Shown in pieces: positions 49,642 through 59,070 of a stretch of 64,000 bases of DNA. Source of the DNA: an uncultured Verrucomicrobia subdivision 3 bacterium. Lineage in GTDB: Bacteria > Verrucomicrobiota > Verrucomicrobiia > Limisphaerales > UBA11358. The stretch spans positions 5,274 through 69,273 of the forward strand of contig CAISYZ010000089.1 in assembly GCA_903889895.1 (NCBI GenBank), written 5' to 3'. The position numbers and the translations under genes were made by a program. The notes below the pieces were generated by a model. It was not told where the DNA came from, did not search any database, and worked only from the letters and a program-made list of their open reading frames with translations. The first letter of the stretch is position 1, and each line of letters starts with the position of its first letter.

Positions 49642-50813
49642 TTATTCTTGCCGTCTTTGGACAGGAAGCCGACGGCCATCGCCTTGCCGTCACTGGCGAC
49701 CATACCGAGGAAGCGGAATAGCCGACGGAAAAAATTCAACTCAGGCCAGGCTATCAGGACTTCTTTTGCGAGTTTGTCTGCTTCGGAATTTTTACCAAGC
49801 GCGCGGAGACATTCCACCTTCATGTCCTGTGCCTGCCGCACGCGCAGATTTGACATTAGTGTGGCGTCAATAAATTTCAACGCCGCTTCGTATTTCTTGT
49901 CGGCGATACGCTGCTGCGCGTAGCCGAGCATCTGCGCGACGGCGGCAGCCTCTTTTTGGAAATATGCCGGGTTAAATGCGCGCCGTTCTTCCGGCGTGTG
50001 CAGCGTGAAGCGCTCCTCCTGAAACACCGCGTAGAGGTCGGAAAACTTATCTTGGGATTTTTCCAGTTCGGCGGCGCGCTGCTCCATTTTTTCCAAAGCG
50101 GTCTTTTTGCTGTCCGGGTCAAGGTTCATGGCATTAATCAATTTTTTGGCGGAGTCCTTACGCTCGTCCAGCGCGAGTTGAAAAAATCGCGCCCAGAAAG
50201 GCAGGTCGCGCATCCGCCGGGTTTTGCCCTTGCCGCCAATAGGCCGAACCACAATCGGCAGCCACGCATAGCGCCCGGCCATTTCGCCAATCTGGTGAAC
50301 CCAGCGGTCGTCATACCAAAACGGAAAGTGTCCGCAGAACAATGACTGCAAAGTCTCCAGCCAGTTCCAGCCGAAGACTGGATAGGTGCAGGTGTCGGCC
50401 GTCATCGGATCGTGCGGGCTGGCGAGAAAAATACCGTCGGGAAATGTTGCGGCGGTCTCGCGGAGAATGTTATCCCAGCCCGGCGTGTCGAAGCGAACGT
50501 CGTCGCCCAGCACCATAAAAACTTCCGCCGTGCGACCGGAAACCTCCCAGAGAATCTGCTGCATCTGGCCGAGGCCGGAAGTCTGCTGGCCGATGTGCCA
50601 GTGCAGTTGCACGCCCGCGTCGTTCAAAGTTCCGTCAGCAATCGCCTTGCGCGTGACGGCGTCGTCTTCGTCAACGTAGAGCCAGAGGGAAACTTTGTCT
50701 TTTTGGACCGTGTGCTGTTTCAGCGCGGTGAAAACTTCCGCGAGCATGTGCGGCCGCCCGCGCGTGGCCATGATGAGGCAGATTTCGCCGCGATGGATCT
50801 GCGCCGGATTCAT
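49638..50813 (-). CDS. GT-A-like putative glycosyltransferase with a C-terminal helical (TPR-like) extension
   Basis: The ATG at 50813 forms an ATGA overlap with the upstream stop. 'CLIMATRGRP', 'LYVDEDD' and 'GDDVRF' are reminiscent of the GT-A DxD fold. This is a weak call. Confidence 0.45.
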   Translation of the reverse strand: MNPAQIHRGEICLIMATRGRPHMLAEVFTALKQHTVQKDKVSLWLYVDEDDAVTRKAIADGTLNDAGVQLHWHIGQQTSGLGQMQQILWEVSGRTAEVFMVLGDDVRFDTPGWDNILRETAATFPDGIFLASPHDPMTADTCTYPVFGWNWLETLQSLFCGHFPFWYDDRWVHQIGEMAGRYAWLPIVVRPIGGKGKTRRMRDLPFWARFFQLALDERKDSAKKLINAMNLDPDSKKTALEKMEQRAAELEKSQDKFSDLYAVFQEERFTLHTPEERRAFNPAYFQKEAAAVAQMLGYAQQRIADKKYEAALKFIDATLMSNLRVRQAQDMKVECLRALGKNSEADKLAKEVLIAWPELNFFRRLFRFLGMVASDGKAMAVGFLSKDGKNK

Positions 50814-51760
50814 GCGTCGGCAAATTTGCGCCGGTCTTTCACGGCGTCGTAATTTTTTGCATACCATGCCACGGTGCGGCGGATGCCAGGCGCGAGTTCG
50901 TGGTTCATTACGATGCCATATTTTTCGCGGAGCTTGGTTGCATCTACAAATTTTTCCTTCGCGCCGGTATAACGGCTGGAGTTGAAAACCACCTTGCCCT
51001 GATAGCCCGCCGCTTCGCACACGGTCAACGCCAGCTCGCGAATCGTTTTACCGCGACCAGGCGCGAGATTGACGATGTCGCGTTCCAATTTCGGCGCAAG
51101 CTCCAGCAGGCTGCCAACAAAATCTTTCACGTCGGCCAAGTCGCGGACCTGTGTGCCGTCGCCCCAGATTTCCACTTCCGATAGATTCATTTTCACCGCT
51201 TTGACAAAGCGGCCGATGAGCGCTGACGGAACATGCGCGGTGGCTTCGTTGAAATCATCGTCCTCGCCATACATCGCGGGTGGGATGAGATAATTTCCAT
51301 TCAGTTTGAACTGGTCGTTGTAAGCGAGGATGCCGGTGTAAAGCATCCGCTTGGTCGCGCCGTAGGAATAAACGCTGCCGTGAATAGCCCCGTCAAAAAT
51401 CTTGTCTTCCGTCATCGCCTGCGCCGAGCTGGGATACGCACACGATGCCCCGAGTGCGATGAACTTTGCCTGCGGAATAGATTGCCGCCACGCTTCGAGC
51501 GTGTGGTTGTGGATGAGATTGTTGATGTAAAACTGCTCGGCCGTGTGCTTGGCGGGAAACTCGCCCGCTGCCTGAAAGCTGGCAAGGTGGATGATGAGCG
51601 TGGCGTCGCGGTGCGCGGAAAAAACCGCCTCGGCGTGTTCCCAGCGGGTTAGATCAAACTGCCGTTTGCCAAAAGCAAAATGGGGGATGCCGCGCGCAGT
51701 TAATTCCTGCTGCAAATGTCTGCCAACAAAACCTGTGCCGCCGGTGATGAGAACTTTCAT
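50810..51760 (-). CDS. GDP-L-fucose synthase family SDR (Fcl/ColC-like NDP-4-keto-sugar epimerase/reductase)
   Basis: 316 aa, with 'VLITGGTGFVGRHL', 'GASCAYP', 'YSYGATKRM' and 'PPAMYGEDDDF'. Confidence 0.75.
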   Translation of the reverse strand: MKVLITGGTGFVGRHLQQELTARGIPHFAFGKRQFDLTRWEHAEAVFSAHRDATLIIHLASFQAAGEFPAKHTAEQFYINNLIHNHTLEAWRQSIPQAKFIALGASCAYPSSAQAMTEDKIFDGAIHGSVYSYGATKRMLYTGILAYNDQFKLNGNYLIPPAMYGEDDDFNEATAHVPSALIGRFVKAVKMNLSEVEIWGDGTQVRDLADVKDFVGSLLELAPKLERDIVNLAPGRGKTIRELALTVCEAAGYQGKVVFNSSRYTGAKEKFVDATKLREKYGIVMNHELAPGIRRTVAWYAKNYDAVKDRRKFADA

Positions 51761-53298
51761 GCAACACAGGTCGGTTCAATCGCCAAGCAATTTGCGTTTG
51801 AGCTTGATGCTTGCCATTGCCTCGACATTTTTGCGCTGCTGCGGGCCGAAAGTTTTTTCCACCGACTGTAAATAAACCGGATTCGTGAATAAGTGCGCCA
51901 TGCCTCGTCGCGGAATTTCAGCACCTGCGCAGCGGATAGGTGTTTGGTTGGCAGCGGCTCGCTGTCATAGGAAAGAAATCCATAGCCGCTCGGTGAGGAG
52001 GGCAGTTTCCAGCCGTTCGCCTTGGCCGTGTAATAAAGCGGACTGCCGGGCAAAGCCTGGCACGGATACATGTTGGCCATTTCCGTATTCAGTTCCAGCG
52101 CGAGGTCGAGTGTCTGCTGCATCGTCTCATGCGTGTCCTCTGGGAACCCAAAGATGTAGTTCGAAATGACATACATGCCGGATTCACGGACGGTCTTGAT
52201 GACTTCGCGGATGTTGACGTCCTGAAAGCTACCCTTCGAAACCTCACGGCGGACGGTTTGGTTGCCGGCTTCGACACCCAGCGCGAGCCAGTTGATGCCG
52301 GCCTTGCGGAATTTTTCGAGATACTGCGGCCGCACTGTATCAATCCGTGAATAAGTCCACATCCGCAAATCGAGCTGCCGTTCAATGAGACCATCCAGCA
52401 AAGGCTCGTAGTAATTCTTGTTAAGGAAAAACATCTCGTCCGATACGCGAATGGTTTTTGCGCCCATCGAGGCAAGCTTTTCGAATTCCTTCACCATGAA
52501 CTGCGGCGACCAGAATCGCATGTTCGGTGAGTTAGCGGAGACGACACCATCCGCATTGTCCGTGCGGTTTACGATATTGATCATGCAGAAGTCGCACTTG
52601 AACTTGCAGCCTAGAGACGTGTAAATCGCGGCGAACGGCGTGCGCAAATCATGGTTGAACTCCGCGTGCCAGAAATGCGCGCGATACAAGTCGAGCGGCT
52701 TGTTTTTATAGGGCAGCAAATCCCATGCGTAGCCCGGCAAGTCGGTGTCCATCCGTTCATTCGGAACGACCATCTCCGGCGGATTCAAGACGGGCACGCC
52801 GTTTTGCTTGTGGCCGATACCCTTGACTTTATCCAAGCTGGAAACCAAATCCGTCCGCAGCAAGTTTTGCAGCGCATAGACGCCCTCGTTCAGCAAAATG
52901 AAATCCACTTCCGGCAGCGCAATTACTTCCATTGGCAGCGCGCTGGTGTGCGAGCCGACGAAGCAAGTTTTTGTGTTGGGATGCGCTGCTTTTAGTTTTC
53001 GGGCGAGAGAAGTCGCGCCGATCATGTTGGTCGTGCCGGAGTTCGGGTTTTGTCCGTAAACCACAAAGCATATGAGCCGCGCAGGCATTTCACTGATGCG
53101 CTGGACCGATTGCTCTTCCGATAGGCGTTCCGCGCCACAGTCAAGTATGTTTACTCCGAACCCTTGCGAGCGGCAGGCTTGCGCGAGCAGCAGTGCCCAC
53201 GTAGGTGGTTCAATCGCCGAGAAATCTTTGCTTAAGTCTTGGTAAGCCTGCGCTGATGAGTCCGCGTTGACAAACAGGACGTCGAGGGGGCGGTTCAT
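51757..53298 (-). CDS. B12-binding-domain radical SAM enzyme (class B, candidate C-methyltransferase)
   Basis: 513 aa. The N-terminal cobalamin-binding Rossmann region includes 'VLFVNAD...PPTWALLLAQ'. The radical SAM cluster motif 'GCKFKCDFC' (CX3CX2C) is present. Confidence 0.85.
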   Translation of the reverse strand: MNRPLDVLFVNADSSAQAYQDLSKDFSAIEPPTWALLLAQACRSQGFGVNILDCGAERLSEEQSVQRISEMPARLICFVVYGQNPNSGTTNMIGATSLARKLKAAHPNTKTCFVGSHTSALPMEVIALPEVDFILLNEGVYALQNLLRTDLVSSLDKVKGIGHKQNGVPVLNPPEMVVPNERMDTDLPGYAWDLLPYKNKPLDLYRAHFWHAEFNHDLRTPFAAIYTSLGCKFKCDFCMINIVNRTDNADGVVSANSPNMRFWSPQFMVKEFEKLASMGAKTIRVSDEMFFLNKNYYEPLLDGLIERQLDLRMWTYSRIDTVRPQYLEKFRKAGINWLALGVEAGNQTVRREVSKGSFQDVNIREVIKTVRESGMYVISNYIFGFPEDTHETMQQTLDLALELNTEMANMYPCQALPGSPLYYTAKANGWKLPSSPSGYGFLSYDSEPLPTKHLSAAQVLKFRDEAWRTYSRIRFIYSRWKKLSARSSAKMSRQWQASSSNANCLAIEPTCVA

Positions 53299-53302
53299 AA
53301 TT

Positions 53303-54520
53303 TCAAATTGAATTCAGCAGTTCGCAGAGCGCCTTGATTCGATCGGTTGCCAAATCTGGATAATTACCGATGTAAGCGCCGAAGAAATGGACGTGATTGA
53401 CCTGCGGATAATCTTCCGCGCAGTCGAACTCGCGGCGCAGAAATGGCTGGCGCAATTGGTTGCCGCCACCAGACAGACCGCGGCGGAATTCAATCTTGCG
53501 TTCGCGCAACTTGGCTTCGATGCGATCCCACAAAGCTTGGTTTGCTTCGCGCAGAACGAGCGTGAAAGCGTAGTTCACGCTACCTTCGCGGTCAAAGTTG
53601 GTGTAAAACTTTTTCGGGTCGAGGTTGTCGAGAAAGACGTTTTGATTGCGCATGCGCTTTTCGTTGTTCGCGTCGAGGCGTTTCAACTGCGCGCGACCGA
53701 GAACGGCGTTGAGTTCCGTGCTGCGGACGTTGTAAGCGGGGAACGCGAAGATAAAATCAGGATTCAAATCCGGGAAATCAGATTTGTATTTTGCCTTCAA
53801 TGCGTCGTCCTTGCTCTCGCGCACCATGCCGTGCGAGCGCATCATGCGGAGCGTTTCGTAAAAATCAGAATCGTTCGTGCAAACCATGCCGCCTTCGATG
53901 GTGCTCATGTGGTGCGCGTAGTAGAACGAGAAGTTTGACGCGAAACCGAGGCTGCCCAGACGCTTGCCTTGAAACGTCGCGCCGTGCGATTCGCAAACGT
54001 CTTCGATGATCGGTATGTTGCGCTTCTGGCATTCGTCAATCAACGTCTGGTCGAGCGCATTGAAACCGAGGACGTGCGTGATGAATACGGCGCGCGTGGA
54101 GGAATTCAATTCCGCCAAAACCTGTGTGATGTCCATGCCGAGCGTGCGCGGATTGATGTCCACGAACACGGGATCAAAACCGGCTTGAATGACGGAGGCG
54201 ATGTCGGAAACCCACGTGAGCGTCGGCACGATGACTTCGCCGGCGCCAAATTTTTCCTTGAGCGCAGCCATCGTGATCTGGTTCGCGGAGGAACCAGAAT
54301 TCACGAACACGCTGTGCTTCACGCCGAGCCATTCGGACCATTCCTGCTCGAACGCGATGACGTTCTTCGATTGGGTGAGAATCGGGTCTTCCTGTTTGAG
54401 AAATTCAATCAGCGCATCGAGGTCTTCGCGCGGAATGTTATTCTGCATCAAGGGCCAGTCGCGCAAATTCGCGGCGGTCACGGGTTCACTTTTCGCTGTA
54501 GTAGTCGCCATATTCAACAA
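53303..54520 (-). CDS. DegT/DnrJ/EryC1 fold PLP/PMP enzyme of the ColD/E1 3-dehydratase type
   Basis: 405 aa. 'VNSGSSANQITMAAL' is present. The active-site segment 'SFYYAHHMSTIEGG' has His where aminotransferases carry the Schiff-base Lys. The start (54520 or 54511) overlaps the upstream gene by about 26-35 nt. Confidence 0.7.
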   Translation of the reverse strand: MLNMATTTAKSEPVTAANLRDWPLMQNNIPREDLDALIEFLKQEDPILTQSKNVIAFEQEWSEWLGVKHSVFVNSGSSANQITMAALKEKFGAGEVIVPTLTWVSDIASVIQAGFDPVFVDINPRTLGMDITQVLAELNSSTRAVFITHVLGFNALDQTLIDECQKRNIPIIEDVCESHGATFQGKRLGSLGFASNFSFYYAHHMSTIEGGMVCTNDSDFYETLRMMRSHGMVRESKDDALKAKYKSDFPDLNPDFIFAFPAYNVRSTELNAVLGRAQLKRLDANNEKRMRNQNVFLDNLDPKKFYTNFDREGSVNYAFTLVLREANQALWDRIEAKLRERKIEFRRGLSGGGNQLRQPFLRREFDCAEDYPQVNHVHFFGAYIGNYPDLATDRIKALCELLNSI

Positions 54521-55022
54521 TGATTGTGCTTTTACCGTCCGTGCGCGTCAGCGCCTTTTCGTAGGCCGGAAAAATATGTTCAGGTTCGTCGAGGCGGATG
54601 ACCTCGATGTTTTTACACATCAGCCGGAAAGCTTCTGTGAAATCGCCGACATGCTGGTGCTGCGGGTGCAGCGGACGTTCCGAGCCGATGCCGGTGCGGA
54701 TGATAACCTTGGGCTGGTAGCCGCCGTCGGACATCGCGGAAAGTTTGTCGAGGTGGCTAACCACCTGGCTGACGGCGCAGAGCAAAAAGTTCCAGCGCGG
54801 ATAGATGCTTACGGGCACCAAGCCATTCAGCGCCATGCCGATGGACATGCCCATCTGCAAATCTTCCGTCACGGGCATCTCCAAAAGTTTTGCGCGATCC
54901 ACATTTTTTAGCGTGTTCGTCATCGCTGTGCCCGCGCAGGCCACCGCCTGGCCGAGAAACAGCGTGCGCGGATCGCGCGCGAGGAATTCCATCGAGCGGC
55001 TAAGTTCGTCAAAATACTTCAT
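54486..55022 (-). CDS. Minimal TPP-enzyme subunit, E1-beta / transketolase pyrimidine-binding-domain-like
   Basis: 178 aa. 'LLEMPVTEDLQMGMSIGMALNGLVPVSIYPRWNFLLCAVSQVV' matches the E1-beta Pyr-domain pattern. It lacks the usual C-terminal domain. Confidence 0.65.
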   Translation of the reverse strand: MKYFDELSRSMEFLARDPRTLFLGQAVACAGTAMTNTLKNVDRAKLLEMPVTEDLQMGMSIGMALNGLVPVSIYPRWNFLLCAVSQVVSHLDKLSAMSDGGYQPKVIIRTGIGSERPLHPQHQHVGDFTEAFRLMCKNIEVIRLDEPEHIFPAYEKALTRTDGKSTIIVEYGDYYSEK

Positions 55023-55034
55023 GCGAAAATAAAA

Positions 55035-55655
55035 TTAAAATTGGACGCGCTGGCCGGCTCCGGCGTGCGGGTATTTGGTTTCGTATTTGTAGAACGTCAC
55101 CAACGGATGCCTGTCGTTTTCGTAGGTGAGAACTTTTTGCGCCCACGCTTCGCGCGTGTCGGTGCAGACGGACTTGCCGTTGTCTTCGACGATGAAGCGA
55201 ATCGGTAACTGATGATTGTAGGAATACTTCACGCTCTCGTGAAAAATCCCCGTCTCGCTCGTCATCTCGCCCGCGAAGCAATGAACCATGCCTTTTTCGC
55301 CTTTGCGCTTGAGGCTCAAGGCCGCTCCAACTGCAATCGGTATAATGCCGCCGACGATGGCCGAAGAGACGATGCGTTGTTTTGGAAAGCAGAGAGAAAT
55401 GGAATGGCCGGCGAGAATTTCCGACTTCAACTCCTCACGCGGCACGCCTTTGAGCAGGCATTGATAATGACTCCGCCACGAGCAAAAAACCCAGTCTTCC
55501 GGCTTCACGTCGCGAAAGAGTTCAATCATCTTTTCCTCGTTGCCGTAATAAAGATGAATGGGCGCGCGGATTTTTGCGGCGTTAAACAAATCCGCAATCT
55601 CCGTCTCAAAGGCGATTAAATCTTGGGCGGTCATGGAGCAGACAGCTTGCCGCAC
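55035..55655 (-). CDS. Minimal TPP-enzyme subunit, E1-alpha (PP-domain)-like
   Basis: 206 aa. 'IHLYYGNEE', 'SWRSHYQCLLKG', 'VGGIIPIAVGAALSLK' and 'CFAGEMTSETGIFHESVKYSYNHQLPIRFIVEDNG' together resemble the TPP-binding GDG-X-N-like region. Confidence 0.65.
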   Translation of the reverse strand: MRQAVCSMTAQDLIAFETEIADLFNAAKIRAPIHLYYGNEEKMIELFRDVKPEDWVFCSWRSHYQCLLKGVPREELKSEILAGHSISLCFPKQRIVSSAIVGGIIPIAVGAALSLKRKGEKGMVHCFAGEMTSETGIFHESVKYSYNHQLPIRFIVEDNGKSVCTDTREAWAQKVLTYENDRHPLVTFYKYETKYPHAGAGQRVQF

Positions 55656-55720
55656 CGACGTAACAGGGTCAAGTTTTGACGCGCCCGAAAGGGTTTGGGC
55701 AGGTTAATTTTGCGTGAACT

Positions 55721-56797
55721 TCAGATGTTGGCACCCGGCGCGCTGGCGTCCAGTTCACGGAAGGCCTCAACCTGTTGCTTATCCCGCGCCTTGTCGTGTG
55801 CGGAGTAATCCTCCTCCAGCTCATGAAAAATCACCTGGCTGCCGCCAAACTCAAACTTGAACGGCACATGAATCAACCGGCTCAGCTGCTTCTTGATTTT
55901 GGCGTGCTTCGCTGGTGCCGCGAACACGAGCAAAAATCCGCCTCCGCCCGCGCCGAGCAGCTTTCCGCCCAGCGCGCCGGCGGAGCGCGCCGCCTCGTAG
56001 GCCGCATCCACCTGATCATTGGAAATCTTGTCGCTTAAACTACGTTTCGCGAGCCACGCTTCGTGCAACAACTCGCCGAATGGCGCGAGGTCTTGGCCGC
56101 TGTTCAGGATTTCGCAGCCTTTGTCCACGCAGTCACGCATCTTGTTCAGCAGCGCCACGCGGTCGGCGAGGCTCGGCACAAAACTTGTGGCTACCGTGGC
56201 CGCCGTGCGCTTGATGCCGGTGTAAAAAAGCATCAGATGCGAATTCAATTCTTCAATTCGCTCGTGGGTCAACGTCATCGGTTGCACGGAAAATTCGCCG
56301 TTCTGGAAAAAGCTGATGCGGTTCAATCCGCCGTAAGCCGCGCAAACTTGATCCTGCGAACCGACCATTTCTTTCAGCATCTCCTGCTCAATGTGGATGC
56401 TTTCCGCCGCGAGCTGCTTTTTGCCAACCGCCCGGCCCTGCAAGGCATAAAGTGCGTTGAGCAAACCGACGGTAAACGCCGAACTGGAACCCATGCCGCT
56501 GCGGCCCGGCAGGTCGCCGTCGTGATGGATTTCCACACCGCGCGCGAGCTTGAGAAAGCGCAGGGTCTCGCGGGCCGAGGGATGCTGGATTTCCTCCGGC
56601 TTCTGGCAGTTCTCGATTTTGGAATAAACGACGCGGATGCGATGCTCGAAAAACGGCGGCAGATAGCGGCACGTCAGGTAGCAGTATTTGTTGATGGTGG
56701 TCGCAAGCACTGCGCCGCCATGCTGCCGATACCACGCCGGATAGTCCGTGCCGCCGCCGAAAAACGAAATGCGAAATGGGGTTCTGCTGATAATCAT
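55721..56797 (-). CDS. GHMP-family sugar kinase (HddA / D-glycero-D-manno-heptose-7-phosphate kinase-like)
   Basis: 358 aa. The N-terminus is 'IISRTPFRISFFGGGTDYP', the GHMP motif is 'PGRSGMGSSSAFTVGL', and 'LGAGGGGFLL' is present. Confidence 0.8.
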   Translation of the reverse strand: MIISRTPFRISFFGGGTDYPAWYRQHGGAVLATTINKYCYLTCRYLPPFFEHRIRVVYSKIENCQKPEEIQHPSARETLRFLKLARGVEIHHDGDLPGRSGMGSSSAFTVGLLNALYALQGRAVGKKQLAAESIHIEQEMLKEMVGSQDQVCAAYGGLNRISFFQNGEFSVQPMTLTHERIEELNSHLMLFYTGIKRTAATVATSFVPSLADRVALLNKMRDCVDKGCEILNSGQDLAPFGELLHEAWLAKRSLSDKISNDQVDAAYEAARSAGALGGKLLGAGGGGFLLVFAAPAKHAKIKKQLSRLIHVPFKFEFGGSQVIFHELEEDYSAHDKARDKQQVEAFRELDASAPGANI

Positions 56798-56857
56798 AGC
56801 TGCGACTCAAAAGTGTTGAACCGAAAACTACTGGCTGCGATTTATCGCCACAAGTTG

Positions 56858-57385
56858 TTAAATGCTTAATTTGCCCCGCGCCACCGCCGCCAGCAGTGCC
56901 GCCCAGTTGCCGGCGCTGTAGAAATCCGGTTCCTGTAGGAGCGATTTCAAATCCCTTGTCCAGAGCACACAGTTCAAGCCAGCTTCAATCTCCGCCGCCG
57001 GTGCGGGAGTGGCATTGCCGGCGAAATAACACCAAATCCGGTTTGTAAACCGCCCGGGCGAGGGCGATATGTTGGCGAGCAATTCAAATTTTTCCGCGCC
57101 GTGGCCGGTCTCTTCCAGTAACTCCTTCCGCGCAGCCTGTTCCGGCGTCTCGTCTTGCTCAACGTGGCCGGCGGGCAGTTCCAAAGTCATTTTCGCGACC
57201 GCATGGCGGAACTGGCGCACGAGCAGCAGTTCCTTATTCTCCGTCACCGCGATGATGCAGACAAAGTCCGCCGAATTGATGGAGTAGTTTGGATGTTTTC
57301 CACTGCCCGCCGCTTCCTGCACTTGAAACCAGGGCGTGGCATAAACGGTTTTTCGCTCTGGGAATTTTTCGCACATACGATTCAT
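56858..57385 (-). CDS. NUDIX hydrolase
   Basis: 175 aa, with the Nudix box 'GHVEQDETPEQAARKELLEETG'. Confidence 0.8.
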   Translation of the reverse strand: MNRMCEKFPERKTVYATPWFQVQEAAGSGKHPNYSINSADFVCIIAVTENKELLLVRQFRHAVAKMTLELPAGHVEQDETPEQAARKELLEETGHGAEKFELLANISPSPGRFTNRIWCYFAGNATPAPAAEIEAGLNCVLWTRDLKSLLQEPDFYSAGNWAALLAAVARGKLSI

Positions 57386-58122
57386 TCCGCGAAGTGCGCG
57401 CGGTTTTGTCGGATGAAGCCTGCCGCCTGCGGCAGCGATTCCGGCGTGCCGATGTCGAGGAACGGCGCTTCGCTCAAAACAGCTTTTAATTTTGCGCCGC
57501 CGCTGATGAGCGCGGGAAAAACATCCAGTTCAAAACTCAATGGCAATTTCGCCGGGAATTTTTCCAGCGCGGCAGCGCGAAAAAGATACACGCCGGCGTT
57601 GATGTCGCCCGCGCCGGGTTTCTTTTCATTGAAGCCGGTCAAATCACCATCAGCATTCGCCGAAATCGTGCCGAAGCGCGCGGCGTCGGTCATCGGCACA
57701 CCGAGGATTGCACCATCATTTTCCGGATGATCAAGTGAATTGAAAAACTTTTGCAACGGCGCGACGACAAGTGAATCGCCATTTAAAACAATCCACGCGG
57801 CAGGTTTTTCTTTGACAGTGTTTGCGGCATTTAGAAATCCCCCCGCCGTGCCAAGCGGTGTGGTTTCGGGAACGCAAGTGACGCGGATATTTTTCACTGG
57901 CTGCGGCGCGAAATGTTTTCCCACCGTTTCCGCGAGGTGGCCGGTGGAGAGAATCACATTGCGAATGCCCTGCGTCGCTAGATAGCGCACGACCCATTCG
58001 ACGAAGGGCTTGCCGTTAACCGGAGCCATCGGCTTCGGCAACTCACCTAGCAGATGCTTGATGCGGGTGCCGAACCCGCCGGCGAGGACGACGGCGGTGA
58101 TTTGTTCGGGACGGACGCTCAC
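57382..58122 (-). CDS. Sugar-1-phosphate nucleotidyltransferase (HddC/ManC-like)
   Basis: 'AVVLAGGFGTRIKHLLGELPKPMAPV' is present. I chose the GTG start at 58122, because the ATG-defined ORF would overlap the upstream gene by about 80 nt. Confidence 0.75.
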   Translation of the reverse strand: MSVRPEQITAVVLAGGFGTRIKHLLGELPKPMAPVNGKPFVEWVVRYLATQGIRNVILSTGHLAETVGKHFAPQPVKNIRVTCVPETTPLGTAGGFLNAANTVKEKPAAWIVLNGDSLVVAPLQKFFNSLDHPENDGAILGVPMTDAARFGTISANADGDLTGFNEKKPGAGDINAGVYLFRAAALEKFPAKLPLSFELDVFPALISGGAKLKAVLSEAPFLDIGTPESLPQAAGFIRQNRAHFAE

Positions 58123-58127
58123 AAGCG

Positions 58128-59060
58128 TCAGACGTTGGAGTAAATCGTGTTCCGCAAAATCGTGAACCCCTTGATGAGTTCCACGATGCCGCGATCCAAG
58201 CCCCATTCCGGTTTAAAGCCGGTGCCGGCGATGCGCGCGTTGCTCACGATATAGTCGCGCTTGTCCGGGTCTTCGCCGATGGGTGCTTCGACATACACAA
58301 ACTTCGGCAAATGTTTTTGAATCACCGCGCAGAGTTCAAGCTTGGAGAGGTTCGCGTCGTCGAGGCCAACGTTGTAGGGCTTGCCTTTCATTGACTCGAA
58401 ATTGGCGATGCCGTGCGTGAAGGCGCGAGCCACGTCGCGGATGTGAATATAATTGCGTTTGAAATGGCCTTCAAATATCAGCACCGCACGGTCATGAAGC
58501 GCGCGATAAACAAAATCGTTCACCAGCAAATCCAGCCGCATGCGCGGCGAGCAGCCGAACACGGTGGCGAGGCGAAAGCTGATGCTGTTCTCGCGGGACA
58601 AAACGGCTTCCTCGGCTTTCACCTTGGTGACGCCATAAGTTGAGATCGGGCGTAACGGCGTTTCTTCGGTGCAGAATTTTCCTTTTTCGCCGACGCCATA
58701 GCCGCTGTTCGTGACGGGCATGATAACCCATTGCTGTTTGCCCGCGAGCCGGCAGATCATTTCCACCGCGTGCTGATTGGTGGAAGTGGTTGCGAGCGAA
58801 TCTGTGTTGCACAGCGGCACGCCGACGAGCGCGGCGAGCGGGATTATGAGGTCGTGCTTGGCGATGAGTGGTTTCACAACCGATTCTTCGCGGCAGTCGC
58901 CGCGCACAACGGAAAATTTCTCGTTGCCGCAGACGTCCATCAGCGAGTTCTGGTTGAAGTAAAAATTGTCCAGCACGGTGACTTCGTGACCTTGTGCGAG
59001 CAAGGTGGGCGTGAGGACGGAGCCAAGATAACCGGCACCGCCGGTGATGAGTATTTTCAT
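58128..59060 (-). CDS. NAD-dependent epimerase/dehydratase (extended SDR)
   Basis: 310 aa, with 'ILITGGAGYLGS' and the catalytic 'YGVTKVKAE'. Confidence 0.8.
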   Translation of the reverse strand: MKILITGGAGYLGSVLTPTLLAQGHEVTVLDNFYFNQNSLMDVCGNEKFSVVRGDCREESVVKPLIAKHDLIIPLAALVGVPLCNTDSLATTSTNQHAVEMICRLAGKQQWVIMPVTNSGYGVGEKGKFCTEETPLRPISTYGVTKVKAEEAVLSRENSISFRLATVFGCSPRMRLDLLVNDFVYRALHDRAVLIFEGHFKRNYIHIRDVARAFTHGIANFESMKGKPYNVGLDDANLSKLELCAVIQKHLPKFVYVEAPIGEDPDKRDYIVSNARIAGTGFKPEWGLDRGIVELIKGFTILRNTIYSNV

Positions 59061-59070
59061 AGGTTAAAAT

